From a virus: 64,000 bases of DNA. The notes below the pieces were generated by a model. The model saw only the letters and a program-made list of their open reading frames with translations, had not been told where the DNA came from and did not search any database. Location: positions 42,126-106,125 of the IMG/VR virus record IMGVR_UViG_3300035670_012130, one strand, 5' to 3'. The translations under genes were made by a program, and so were the position numbers. Below are positions 18,765-28,300 of the stretch, in pieces. Numbering within the stretch: the stretch's first letter is position 1; every line of letters begins with the position of its first letter.

Positions 18765-19220
18765 CTATTGCTTCTTTTTGTCATCTCTTCTTTCGTATTT
18801 GAAGCTAACAACCTCGAATGAATTTGATTCTGGTTCGTCTCCAGCAGCAAATTCTTTAGCGGTGTCTGAATGATTTTCAATTGCTTGTAAGATCTTGCTC
18901 ATCAATTGTGTGTCTGGAATTGGTCCATTGTGCTTAGCCTTAATTTCCACCGCAAAGCTGTGTACTGTTCCATCATCGCTTACTACATTTACGTTTGGAC
19001 GTGGTTTTGCAAATGTTTCTATTTTTGGATGCATTCCGTTGTCGATGGTTGAATTCTCTGATTCCATAGGTGTACTACTTCCCATATCAAAAACAGCATC
19101 GTTAATTTTTTCTCCCATCTCTGGGTTTATTTGTGCTACTTTAGTCCTAATGTCGTCCAAAACTCTTATCACTCTGTTCATTTCTTTCATCCTTCTAGCT
19201 TTCTCTTTTTTTACACCCAT
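18765..19220 (-). CDS. Hypothetical protein
   Basis: 151-aa ORF co-oriented with the module; the true start may be an internal Met. Confidence 0.6.
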   Translation of the reverse strand: MGVKKEKARRMKEMNRVIRVLDDIRTKVAQINPEMGEKINDAVFDMGSSTPMESENSTIDNGMHPKIETFAKPRPNVNVVSDDGTVHSFAVEIKAKHNGPIPDTQLMSKILQAIENHSDTAKEFAAGDEPESNSFEVVSFKYERRDDKKKQ

Positions 19221-19336
19221 TAATAATGGGAATTAATATTTAATATTAAAATGATTATTAACGTTAATCTTTAAAAGAAAATTATTAATTTTAAAATTTT
19301 AAGTTTAATTGTTGCTTTATTAAGCAGCAGAACAAT

Positions 19337-20446
19337 TTATCCTCCAGTACCAATATTCCAGATATATCTGAAAAATCTACTTCTTCCTCCAGGCATGTTA
19401 AATTCTGGTACAACTACTGATCTAATTCCAGGATAAGTAGCAATTGGTAATTTTTCTAACATTTTTTCAAAATCTTCTTTGTACATGGTTGCTGATTGTC
19501 TTATATCATCTGTAATTCTTGCATCTGGATCTTCAATAAGTAGTCTTCTTTGTCTATTTGTAAGACTTGTAAGCAAGCTTCTGAGAATGTAATATGCAGC
19601 ACCGTACACTAATGCAGGATCATAATAGTAAGGAGCTGAGGAAACCGTTTGATATTTACTTGCACCAGGTTGAGAATTTATTGTTTGTAATGCCATGTAC
19701 AAACTGCTATTCATATGGTCATTTGTAATCATTTTTATGCTGTAAGATACTAAAACATTATCATAACTATGAATTTCAACAGGATCACCATTATTATCAA
19801 TAAAATAGATATTTCCCATAAAATCATATTTCACCATTAAACCATCTGGATAGTTGTTTCCATCTGTGTATTGCGACTCATAGCCATCTCTATTTTTGAT
19901 AATTGGATCATATGTGGTATTGATGGTTGAATAAATAGGAACGGTTTCTGACAATTGAATTAATGGATCTCTATCTCCTTGATTAGATGGACCTGAAATT
20001 CTCACTTCTGGTTTTGGTACAGAATTCCAAAAAGAAAATGCTACAGAACCCACACTTCTATTTCTTCTAAAAATAACTTCTTCGTCGTAAATAGGAATGT
20101 TCAAAAGATGCTCTAATTCATATCTTAAACTGCTTTTTACAAGTAATTCATCCCCTAGCATTGGAGATGAAGTATTTAGTACATTTCCGTTCGAATCTAC
20201 TTCTTGAATCCTATAGTAGTCTGAAGGAGACCCATTACCATCAACGCCTTCATTTGTTGGAAATGGCACTGTTGCTATAGTTGTGTAAGTGCCTTCAAAA
20301 TTAGAGCTTTTTTGAATTTTATAAAAGGCAACATTTTGTGCTCCAGATCTTTCCCATTCAATAAAGATTCCTGGATATGATGGCTGAGTATTGTAATAAA
20401 CTAAAGTACTATTAGTAAAAGATTGAGCTGAAAAATCGTTTGCCAT
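19337..20446 (-). CDS. Putative neck/head-tail connector protein with N-terminal FnIII-like domain
   Basis: IEW...YKIQKS...DYYRI FnIII-like start; helical C-terminus LYMALQTINSQP...ALVYGAAYYIL; GGGGAG ribosome-binding site. Confidence 0.5.
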   Translation of the reverse strand: MANDFSAQSFTNSTLVYYNTQPSYPGIFIEWERSGAQNVAFYKIQKSSNFEGTYTTIATVPFPTNEGVDGNGSPSDYYRIQEVDSNGNVLNTSSPMLGDELLVKSSLRYELEHLLNIPIYDEEVIFRRNRSVGSVAFSFWNSVPKPEVRISGPSNQGDRDPLIQLSETVPIYSTINTTYDPIIKNRDGYESQYTDGNNYPDGLMVKYDFMGNIYFIDNNGDPVEIHSYDNVLVSYSIKMITNDHMNSSLYMALQTINSQPGASKYQTVSSAPYYYDPALVYGAAYYILRSLLTSLTNRQRRLLIEDPDARITDDIRQSATMYKEDFEKMLEKLPIATYPGIRSVVVPEFNMPGGRSRFFRYIWNIGTGG

Positions 20447-20457
20447 ATTTTCTCCCC

Positions 20458-20494
20458 AAAAAAATAAAGGCCACCCGACTGGATAGCCTTTATT
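20458..20494 (-). terminator. Rho-independent terminator
   Basis: Inverted repeat AATAAAGGC / GCCTTTATT (20463-20494) running into a T tract on the minus strand, just after the 260-aa gene. Confidence 0.7.
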
Positions 20495-20512
20495 CAGTCT
20501 AGATTAAACTTT

Positions 20513-21295
20513 CTAAACTCTTCTAATTGAGCCCTCTTCTCCATCACCCATATCAGCTTCTAAATCAATTGCATCGGCAATTGCATCATAGCCATCATCA
20601 CCATTATCATCATAATTGAAGTCTGCCCCTGCTACTCTTCTATCACGATTATAATTTGTCATTTCAACTTCTCTGACTGAGGATCCCTTGATTGCATCAC
20701 TTGGAGGTTCTGCTACGAATGCTCTTCCTCTTGTTTCTACGCCAGATACTGAACTATTTGCATCAAGATTTTTTTGTTGAGCTAGCAACTGATTGATAAT
20801 TCCTGGGTTTCTCTGCACTCTTTCAGCAAATTGCTCTACTGATAAGTCTTCACCTTGTAATTCTGCTTGTGTTTGAGCAATATCCAAAGCCATTGCGTAA
20901 GAGAGTGAATCATTAGCATATCCAGCTGTTGTTACGTTATTTTTATTCGAATAAGCTTTTTCGGCATCAATACTTTCAGCTTCAATAGTCTTTCCTTCAA
21001 CATCTACAGTTCGAAGATTGTTAGTGCTTTGTTGTTTGAGTAGCTCTTTTTTGCCCTTAATAGCTGCTCTTTCTTCAATAGAATCAAATTGGTCTGGAGT
21101 TATTTTTCTTAACAAGCCAAGTCTGAGAGAATTTCTTAAGTCTTTTGATGCTTTAACAACTTTAGGATCTTCCCAAGTTAAGTCAATAGCTTGAAGAGGA
21201 CCAAAGTTCAATCTAATATCGCTTACATAATGTGGTCCAAGAGTAACATTTTGCACGATAAATGATTCTGGTTCTTGATTTACACTTTCATTCAT
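20513..21295 (-). CDS. Hypothetical protein with acidic C-terminus
   Basis: 260-aa ORF, compact N-terminal domain and D/G-rich tail. Confidence 0.65.
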   Translation of the reverse strand: MNESVNQEPESFIVQNVTLGPHYVSDIRLNFGPLQAIDLTWEDPKVVKASKDLRNSLRLGLLRKITPDQFDSIEERAAIKGKKELLKQQSTNNLRTVDVEGKTIEAESIDAEKAYSNKNNVTTAGYANDSLSYAMALDIAQTQAELQGEDLSVEQFAERVQRNPGIINQLLAQQKNLDANSSVSGVETRGRAFVAEPPSDAIKGSSVREVEMTNYNRDRRVAGADFNYDDNGDDGYDAIADAIDLEADMGDGEEGSIRRV

Positions 21296-21298
21296 ATT

Positions 21299-21643
21299 TT
21301 AATCCTTTTTATTCACAGGTAAAGATGTTATACCGTCCAATCCTTCTTTTCCGGTCCAATACTCGTTTGATTTAGCTTCTCTTGAATTTGGATCATAAGA
21401 ATTTTTCCTAACAGATTTTTGATCTTTGACAAATTCTGTCATTTGTTTTCTTTTGACTGTGGTGCCAAATTGTTTTTCTTTTGCAGTTAGTCCCTCTTGA
21501 ACATTAAAACTGTTAAAAACTCTTTTAGCTTCTCCTACACCACAAGGGCAAGGAATTTTAGGTTGATATTCACTAAAAGAAAGAGATATTGTGAATGTTT
21601 TAGGTTCAGATGAGCATTCACATAAGTATTCGTATCTAGGCAT
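21299..21643 (-). CDS. FmdB-family zinc-ribbon protein
   Basis: MPRYEYLCEC...F...CPCG...KRVF signature. Confidence 0.85.
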   Translation of the reverse strand: MPRYEYLCECSSEPKTFTISLSFSEYQPKIPCPCGVGEAKRVFNSFNVQEGLTAKEKQFGTTVKRKQMTEFVKDQKSVRKNSYDPNSREAKSNEYWTGKEGLDGITSLPVNKKD

Positions 21644-21721
21644 ATTTTATTTTTAATTGGTTGAGATATACAGGTATTTGTACAATATCTTACGAAATCT
21701 TATAAAAGGAGTACTCAAAAA
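21644..21721. promoter_or_regulatory. Divergent control region between the two structural blocks
   Basis: 78-bp gap at the strand switch; TACAAT at 21681-21686 and AGGAG at 21707-21711 on the plus strand. Confidence 0.55.
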
Positions 21722-21898
21722 ATGAGTTCAGAAATTACAGACGCAGGAACAACCCATCATATGTATTGTGTTAAGTGCAGAACTATGGTTATGGTTTCCG
21801 CTCCTAAAAAAATTGTTATGAAGAGTAGCAGACACGCACTTCAAGGCAAATGTCCTCACTGTTCAACATCTACTTTCAAAATTACAAAAGCAGAATAA
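21722..21898 (+). CDS. Small zinc-ribbon protein, DUF5679-like (58 aa; absent from the ORF track)
   Basis: Manual translation MSSEITDAGTTHHMYCVKCRTMVMVSAPKKIVMKSSRHALQGKCPHCSTSTFKITKAE; YCVKC...GKCPHC; AGGAG 10 nt upstream. Confidence 0.85.
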   Translation: MSSEITDAGTTHHMYCVKCRTMVMVSAPKKIVMKSSRHALQGKCPHCSTSTFKITKAE

Positions 21899-21903
21899 AT
21901 CTT

Positions 21904-24708
21904 ATGAAATTTGTATTCAATGATAGCTTGGCAACTTCTATGTCAGATGATAAAATAGATTCATCTGATGTTCGTTTTGTACCTAGTAGCATAATTATTG
22001 AGAAAAAAATTGTTACTTCAGCAACCATCAATACAATGGATGAATTGTTTGATGCTGTTAAAGGTTTTAAAAGTGAAGCAGAATTAGAAAGATTTATATC
22101 TTCCAATTCTGATGCTCAAGCATTATTGAAAGATCCTAAAAATCTTATTAAGTTTACAAAAAAAATGTCAGGCGCATTTGGTGGAAGCTCTAGTTCTGGT
22201 GCTTCTTCATCTGCCGATAGGATTCAAAGCACATTGCTAGGAGGAGCAGAACAAGTTGGACAACCAGCTGAAGCTTATGCTCCTTTCTTAGAATCTAAAG
22301 ATCAAATTATATCCAGACTTAAAGCATCAATGTCTGAAAAAGAAATTGGTGAAACTTTTGACAGATTAGAAAAGTTAATCCCATTCACTGAAGTTATCGG
22401 TTTACTTGAGTACTTAATACAGAAATCAAGATCTTGTTTTACTAGTGTTTCAGAGCTTATAAACTTTTTCGTTGAATATTATGGACAAAAGTTTCAGTAC
22501 GCTAGAGCTAAGAATATAATTGATTTAGCATGTGAATATCAGAAATTAAATCCTTCAGTTGATATTTTTTCTGTATTGAGAGATGCTGTTGCTGGAAATC
22601 AACCAAAAGTTGGTTTGGGATATTTATCAAAAGATCCTGAGTCTCAGTTGACTTTCAATAACCTTCTTGAATTAGCTCAATCTAATTTACCAGAACAATC
22701 AGAAGAAATTAGAAGAAGATACCAAGCAAGTAGAGATTCTTTGCGCATTCAACAACAAAAAGTCAATATGCAAAGAGCTATTTATGACATGATGAAGACT
22801 GAAGAAATGAATCTTCAGCTTACAAAAATGATCAAATTTTTGGGTCAATCTTTTGAGTTTTTACTGACACAACCAATGTATAGGGCTTTACGTGATATTT
22901 ATTATGACTTATCTGCATCTAAAATATTATTAAATCAAGCTTCAAGTATATTCTTGGGCGATACTTCTCCTGAAACTCAAAATTATTCACCTTTTGAAGA
23001 GCAACAACAAAGAGATGAAACATTTACTTCTATTCCTAACAAAAGACAACAATTCTCTGGATTAGAGCCAAAATTTCTCAAACTTGCAAGCCCTGAAGTT
23101 ACAAGACATATTTTTGCTCAAACAGCACCAACAACTCCTGTAGCAACTCAAGAACAGAAAAATCAAGCTAAAGTTTCATTGCAACAAATATATAATTCCG
23201 TTGGAATCAGCTCTAACAATGTTATAGAAAAGATAAAGAGCGGTTTGAGTGCATTTGGCAAAGATATCCAAGAAAAGTGGAGCCAAGAATTCATTCCAAA
23301 AATTATAGCTATTTATGATGCTATTAAGAATTTGATTAGCAAATTAATTAATTCTATTGGTTCTAAATCTTTCAATGCTGAAACAATATCTCAAGAATTC
23401 AATAAATTAATACAAGCAATTAGTGGCACTAGCCCAAATGCTACATTTGCAGAAACTATGAATTCGCCTTTAGCAACTGGAGTGTTAGGACCAGCTCCAG
23501 CTTTTGGAGCTGCTGGAGCAGCTATGGGTGTTAATTTAGTTTCCCCAAATAATGGAAGCCAAAGAAGATCTAGCTCAAGTTTTTCAAAAATGGCTCAAAG
23601 GACTCCTCAGCAAGGAACAACACGGCCTGGTGATGATAAAACCAAAGCTTATATGTTGAATGCATTAGGAATTATATCTTCAATAGGTACTTTTATTGTT
23701 GGTGCAATATTCGCTAAAGATGTAGTTGCTTCACTATTGAGAGATCCTAAAGAGTGGTCAACAATAGTCACAGGCGTAATAGCTCTTCTGCTTGGTTTTA
23801 AAAATAATGTAATTGAATTATTTATGCAACTTAATCTTGTGGGTGGGAATGCACCTCAAAGTGCTCAGTTTTTTGATAATGCTGGAAATTTGACAGCATT
23901 AGGTGCACAAAGAGCTGCAAACTTCCAGGAAGCTATGATTGCATTAGGAGTTTCTGACCAAGATGCAATGGCTTTGGGTAAGTTTAGGGTTCAAAAGACT
24001 TATCTTATGGAGCAATTATCTACTAAAGAAAGAAATCTTCAAGCTGCTGAAACACAAGCAGTTCAAGTAGGTGGAGGATCTCAGGTTAATACTGTAGGAG
24101 ATTTGCCACAAGATTTTCAAAACAAATTAAAAGATTTTTTAGATTTCACCACTAAAGTTGAAACACAATTCAAAGCAATTTTGAATATTTATAGAAATGC
24201 TATAAACAACAATATGCAAAATTTCAATGAAGTTCAAAAAACTCAAGCTATGGGTGAACTAGCAGAATTTCAAAAAGACTTGATAGAAGTACAGCAAAAA
24301 AAATCTCAATGGTCTAGCATGAAAAATATTGCAGGTCATATGATGAGAAAAAGAATTTTACTCCAAAAGCTCAAGCCTCTTGAAAAACAATTGGATACTA
24401 TGAAAAAATTAGGAATACCTATGGCTAATATCATAGCATCTCCAAACGGAATTCTTTCTCAAGTCAGCAGAATTAGAAATGAAGAACAACAAGCATTAGA
24501 TAAATTACGTAAAGAATATTATGAAAAAATGGAATTGTTGAAAAATCCTGACAAAATTGCACCTTTAGTAAAATTACCTACTGATACTGGAGTGACAAAA
24601 TTGCCGCAAAGTTCTGATCAATCAGAATCTAAGAATTCTCCGTTTGATTTACCTGAAGATTCTCAATTTAATCCTAATGAAGATAATTCTAAACTTGGAG
24701 AAAGATAA
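21904..24708 (+). CDS. Long helical protein with hydrophobic segments (tape-measure-like or ejected internal protein); start moved from 21850 to 21904
   Basis: Q/K/E/L-rich coiled-coil character; hydrophobic stretches ALGIISSIGTFIVGAIFA and TIVTGVIALLLGF; the 21850 ATG falls inside the small upstream gene. Confidence 0.5.
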   Translation: MKFVFNDSLATSMSDDKIDSSDVRFVPSSIIIEKKIVTSATINTMDELFDAVKGFKSEAELERFISSNSDAQALLKDPKNLIKFTKKMSGAFGGSSSSGASSSADRIQSTLLGGAEQVGQPAEAYAPFLESKDQIISRLKASMSEKEIGETFDRLEKLIPFTEVIGLLEYLIQKSRSCFTSVSELINFFVEYYGQKFQYARAKNIIDLACEYQKLNPSVDIFSVLRDAVAGNQPKVGLGYLSKDPESQLTFNNLLELAQSNLPEQSEEIRRRYQASRDSLRIQQQKVNMQRAIYDMMKTEEMNLQLTKMIKFLGQSFEFLLTQPMYRALRDIYYDLSASKILLNQASSIFLGDTSPETQNYSPFEEQQQRDETFTSIPNKRQQFSGLEPKFLKLASPEVTRHIFAQTAPTTPVATQEQKNQAKVSLQQIYNSVGISSNNVIEKIKSGLSAFGKDIQEKWSQEFIPKIIAIYDAIKNLISKLINSIGSKSFNAETISQEFNKLIQAISGTSPNATFAETMNSPLATGVLGPAPAFGAAGAAMGVNLVSPNNGSQRRSSSSFSKMAQRTPQQGTTRPGDDKTKAYMLNALGIISSIGTFIVGAIFAKDVVASLLRDPKEWSTIVTGVIALLLGFKNNVIELFMQLNLVGGNAPQSAQFFDNAGNLTALGAQRAANFQEAMIALGVSDQDAMALGKFRVQKTYLMEQLSTKERNLQAAETQAVQVGGGSQVNTVGDLPQDFQNKLKDFLDFTTKVETQFKAILNIYRNAINNNMQNFNEVQKTQAMGELAEFQKDLIEVQQKKSQWSSMKNIAGHMMRKRILLQKLKPLEKQLDTMKKLGIPMANIIASPNGILSQVSRIRNEEQQALDKLRKEYYEKMELLKNPDKIAPLVKLPTDTGVTKLPQSSDQSESKNSPFDLPEDSQFNPNEDNSKLGER

Positions 24709-25352
24709 TGTTCAAGAAAGTTATTGCACAAGTAAACGATTATATTCCCAAACTTACAAAAGCTGATTTTGATAATAATTTGTCAAAAGTAGAGCAAGAA
24801 ATTCTTGAAATTGAAAAAAAATATAAGTTTGATCAACAAATTGCAACTAATGTAAAATTTGATAATAAAAAATTTACATTAGATCAATTTTTGAAAAAGC
24901 TCAAACAGCAAGCGTTTGCTTTAAAAGATAAGAAAAATACTAGCCAGATGTACGATACATCTCTCTTTCAAAATATTGGGGGTAAAAACGTCGATATTTC
25001 AAGTGATGATGCTCAAGAAGGTTTAAAAAGAGATATTGCAGCTTTAGAAAGACAAATTCAAGAAAGAGAGCAGACATTAGCTGAGATTGACAATTATGTA
25101 GTTACATTATTGTCTGGAGAAATGAGCCAATTGAATATAGCACATACTAATGCAAAATTTGTAAAAATTGCAGACAAGCCATCAGAAGAAGAAGTATTAG
25201 AGCCTGTTGAAGAATATTTTGATAAGCTTTATGACAATACTCCTGGAAGTCCTAATTATGGTAAATTAATGACTCATCCAGAAAAACACAGAGATGAATT
25301 ATCAACTGAAGCTCAGGTGAAAAGTTCTAAACCTAAATTTAAAAAGAAATAA
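24708..25352 (+). CDS. Hypothetical coiled-coil protein
   Basis: TAATG coupling and GGAG ribosome-binding site; LKRDIAALERQIQEREQTLAEI heptads. Confidence 0.65.
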   Translation: MFKKVIAQVNDYIPKLTKADFDNNLSKVEQEILEIEKKYKFDQQIATNVKFDNKKFTLDQFLKKLKQQAFALKDKKNTSQMYDTSLFQNIGGKNVDISSDDAQEGLKRDIAALERQIQEREQTLAEIDNYVVTLLSGEMSQLNIAHTNAKFVKIADKPSEEEVLEPVEEYFDKLYDNTPGSPNYGKLMTHPEKHRDELSTEAQVKSSKPKFKKK

Positions 25353-25359
25353 TCTTCTT

Positions 25360-25365
25360 TACAAT
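25360..25365 (+). promoter_or_regulatory. -10 element TACAAT six bases before the ATG
   Basis: TACAAT-taattt-ATG(25372). Confidence 0.5.
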
Positions 25366-25371
25366 TAATTT

Positions 25372-28300
25372 ATGCCAGATATTGATTTTATCGAATATGA
25401 TAAAATTTCAATTCAGTCAGATGCTTTTATTACATCTGCAGAATTAAATTGTTATTTTCAATATATACCATCTACAAAAGCTATTTCTTACAATATAAAG
25501 AAAGAGCTTCATACTGCTGGTACAACCACAGATCCTAACGATTATAAAATTCCAGATGTATCTGATAAAATTCTTCCAAGAAAACTTTACAGAATAAATC
25601 CTTTTCATTCAAATTATTCTGAAAATTTAGAACTAAATAAAGTCAATGTTGATCCAGATATCATATATCCTACAAAAATAAAAGAGCAAAAGCAAAAAAA
25701 TATCGATTATAGTGTTTTGGGACTAAATTCTGATCAAATAGAATTTATGATGGCTCTTCAAAATTTAAAATCTCTAAAGTCAGACGATTCTATAAAAAAA
25801 CTTGATATTGAACAATTTGAAGCAATTGATGAAATTGTATCTAATGGTTTTTTCCAATTATATCCAAGATATATGGAAATGCTTACTACAGTTGTATCAG
25901 GTGGTTTTAATCAATTTTTTGAAGACACAGAATCTACTGAGACAATAAATGAGAATGAAGCCCTTGTAAATGATGCTATCAAAAAACTCGGCCTCAATCC
26001 TTCTGAAGTTAGAGTAAAAAAAAAATTTGAAGTAAGGTCTGGTAATTCGAAAAAAGATGAAGTTAATGCGTATCTTCAAGATATATCTTTTTCTAACAAT
26101 GTTGCAAACAACACCAGATCTATAAACAATAATTCAGTATCTAATATAAATCAAATTAATTTACAAAACAATAACAAAATCGATATACAAGTTAGATCAT
26201 CTAGGGTTGTAAATAATCTTAATAGCATCAATAGTACAGATTTCAATTTTATTAATAATACAAATAGAACTGTTAGTCAGCTAGTCACAAACGTAAATAA
26301 ATTTTCTGAATCTGCAAAATTAGATTTTGATAATTTATTTAAATCTATGTTAAAGGACTTGAATCTTACTCCGAATATTGAAAACCAGTATTATAAAATT
26401 GTAAACCAACACAGCAAGAATTTGAGCGTAGAATTTAACAGAATTTTAAATCATTCTGAAAAAACTGTTTATGAGACTAATCTTAAGAATTTGTCATCTT
26501 CATACAATTTTTATAGACATATCGAAAATAGATACAGAGAATTTATCCAAAACTTGAATTTTTTCAATGATACGGTTCAGCAAATTAAACAAACTGAAAT
26601 AAACTTAAAGAATACTTATGAAAATATTCATAGGCACAGTGTGACGCATAAAAATAATCATTACAAAAATATTATTAATTTAACCAAAAATGTTAATTAT
26701 GAATACACTGCCAACGATTATGAATTTCAATATGCAGTTTTAAAGACAATAAAAAATAGCAATCAATATGTTGAAAATAAAATCTCAAAAATTAAGAATG
26801 ATTTAAATATTGCTCAACAAAATATTTCTTTTGTTCATCACAGAATGGTTCATATCCAAGAAAAAACAAGTAATTTTGTAGTAAAAGAAATAAAGAATGT
26901 TCTAAATAATACAGACTACATTGATGAATATTCTAATATTATTGTCAATAAAATAAGCAACATATCTAATAATCAGACAGTAAGAGCATTATTATCATTA
27001 GTCACTAATGAAGAACAATTGAGTAGTATTTACACAGTATTGAGGCAAAGCAATATCAATACTTCTAACATTAAGAATTTAGTTGATGTAATAAACTATT
27101 CTAAAAATAATAATTTTGAAATTACTAAAGTTTCAAGTTCCACAGTAGAGAACATCAAAAGTTTAGTAAGTCTTTCGAAAAATATTGTTGATTTAAATAA
27201 CACTGAAAATAAGATAATTCAGAATGTTGATAAGAATATTGTCAACAAATTATCTTCTATAAATGTCGAAGAGTTTAAATCTTTTGTAAATTTATCTGAA
27301 TCAAAATCTTTCACAAAAATAGCGCAAAGTTATAAAAATATTTCAAATGTTATAGAAAATCTAAATACAATTTCTATAAATCCAAAGATATCTTCAATTC
27401 GTGTTGATCAGAATAAAGTAGATAATTTTAATCAAACAATAAATCAATCTAATATTGGTTTTGTTGTTGAAAAGCTATCAAATTTTAACACGGAAAATAT
27501 TACAGAAAAAATTAATTTACTCAAGAATATCAACATCACACAAGATATTAAAAAAACTGAAAATTTTGTAAGAAAAATTACAAGATTGGCAAGATATAAT
27601 AATGTCAATAAAATTACAGAAAACATTGATGAAATAAGCAATTTACAAAGCAATGTCAACACTGCAGAATTTAAGACAGAAATCCAGAACTTAAAAAATC
27701 TTATCAATGTTTCCAAAAATGTAAATATTTCTAATATTGAAAATTTAAAAGTATCTGAATTAAATCTTGTTTCTGATAACATTGAAAAGTTGAGCAAAAT
27801 TAGTCAGATAAATAACCTAACTCAAGAACAAGTAAATGTTGTCAAGCAGATAAGTCAAATAGAAAATATTAACCAGATTAATAAAATTATTAATCTAACA
27901 AAAACCAATGATATTTCTAATATAAAGTTATCTAATGTCAACCAAATCACAGAAGTTGTTCAGAAGATTTCTAATATTGAAAATAAAGATTTACTAAAAG
28001 TTGTAAATCTAACTAAAACTGTTCAAGAAAGAAAAATTTATAATAGAATTTCAAATCTTGTAAAAAATGTTGAGATTCTGGATACTGTAAATGTCACTCA
28101 AGAAACTGCTCAAAATATCTCTAAAATTTCTAATACTAATAATATCAATCAGATTACTAAAGATTTGAATTTGATTTCGCAAAACTATCAGGAATTCAAG
28201 ACAAGTGTTCAGCAAATAAAGAATATTGCTCAAGTTAAAAATGTTGACCAAATAGTAAAGAATTTGAATTATGTAAACAATATAATTCAAGAAAACAATA

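Noticed and set aside
21850-21903. Track start of the 952-aa ORF
   Set aside because: It overlaps the 58-aa zinc-ribbon gene; ATG 21904, five bases after that stop, fits better.
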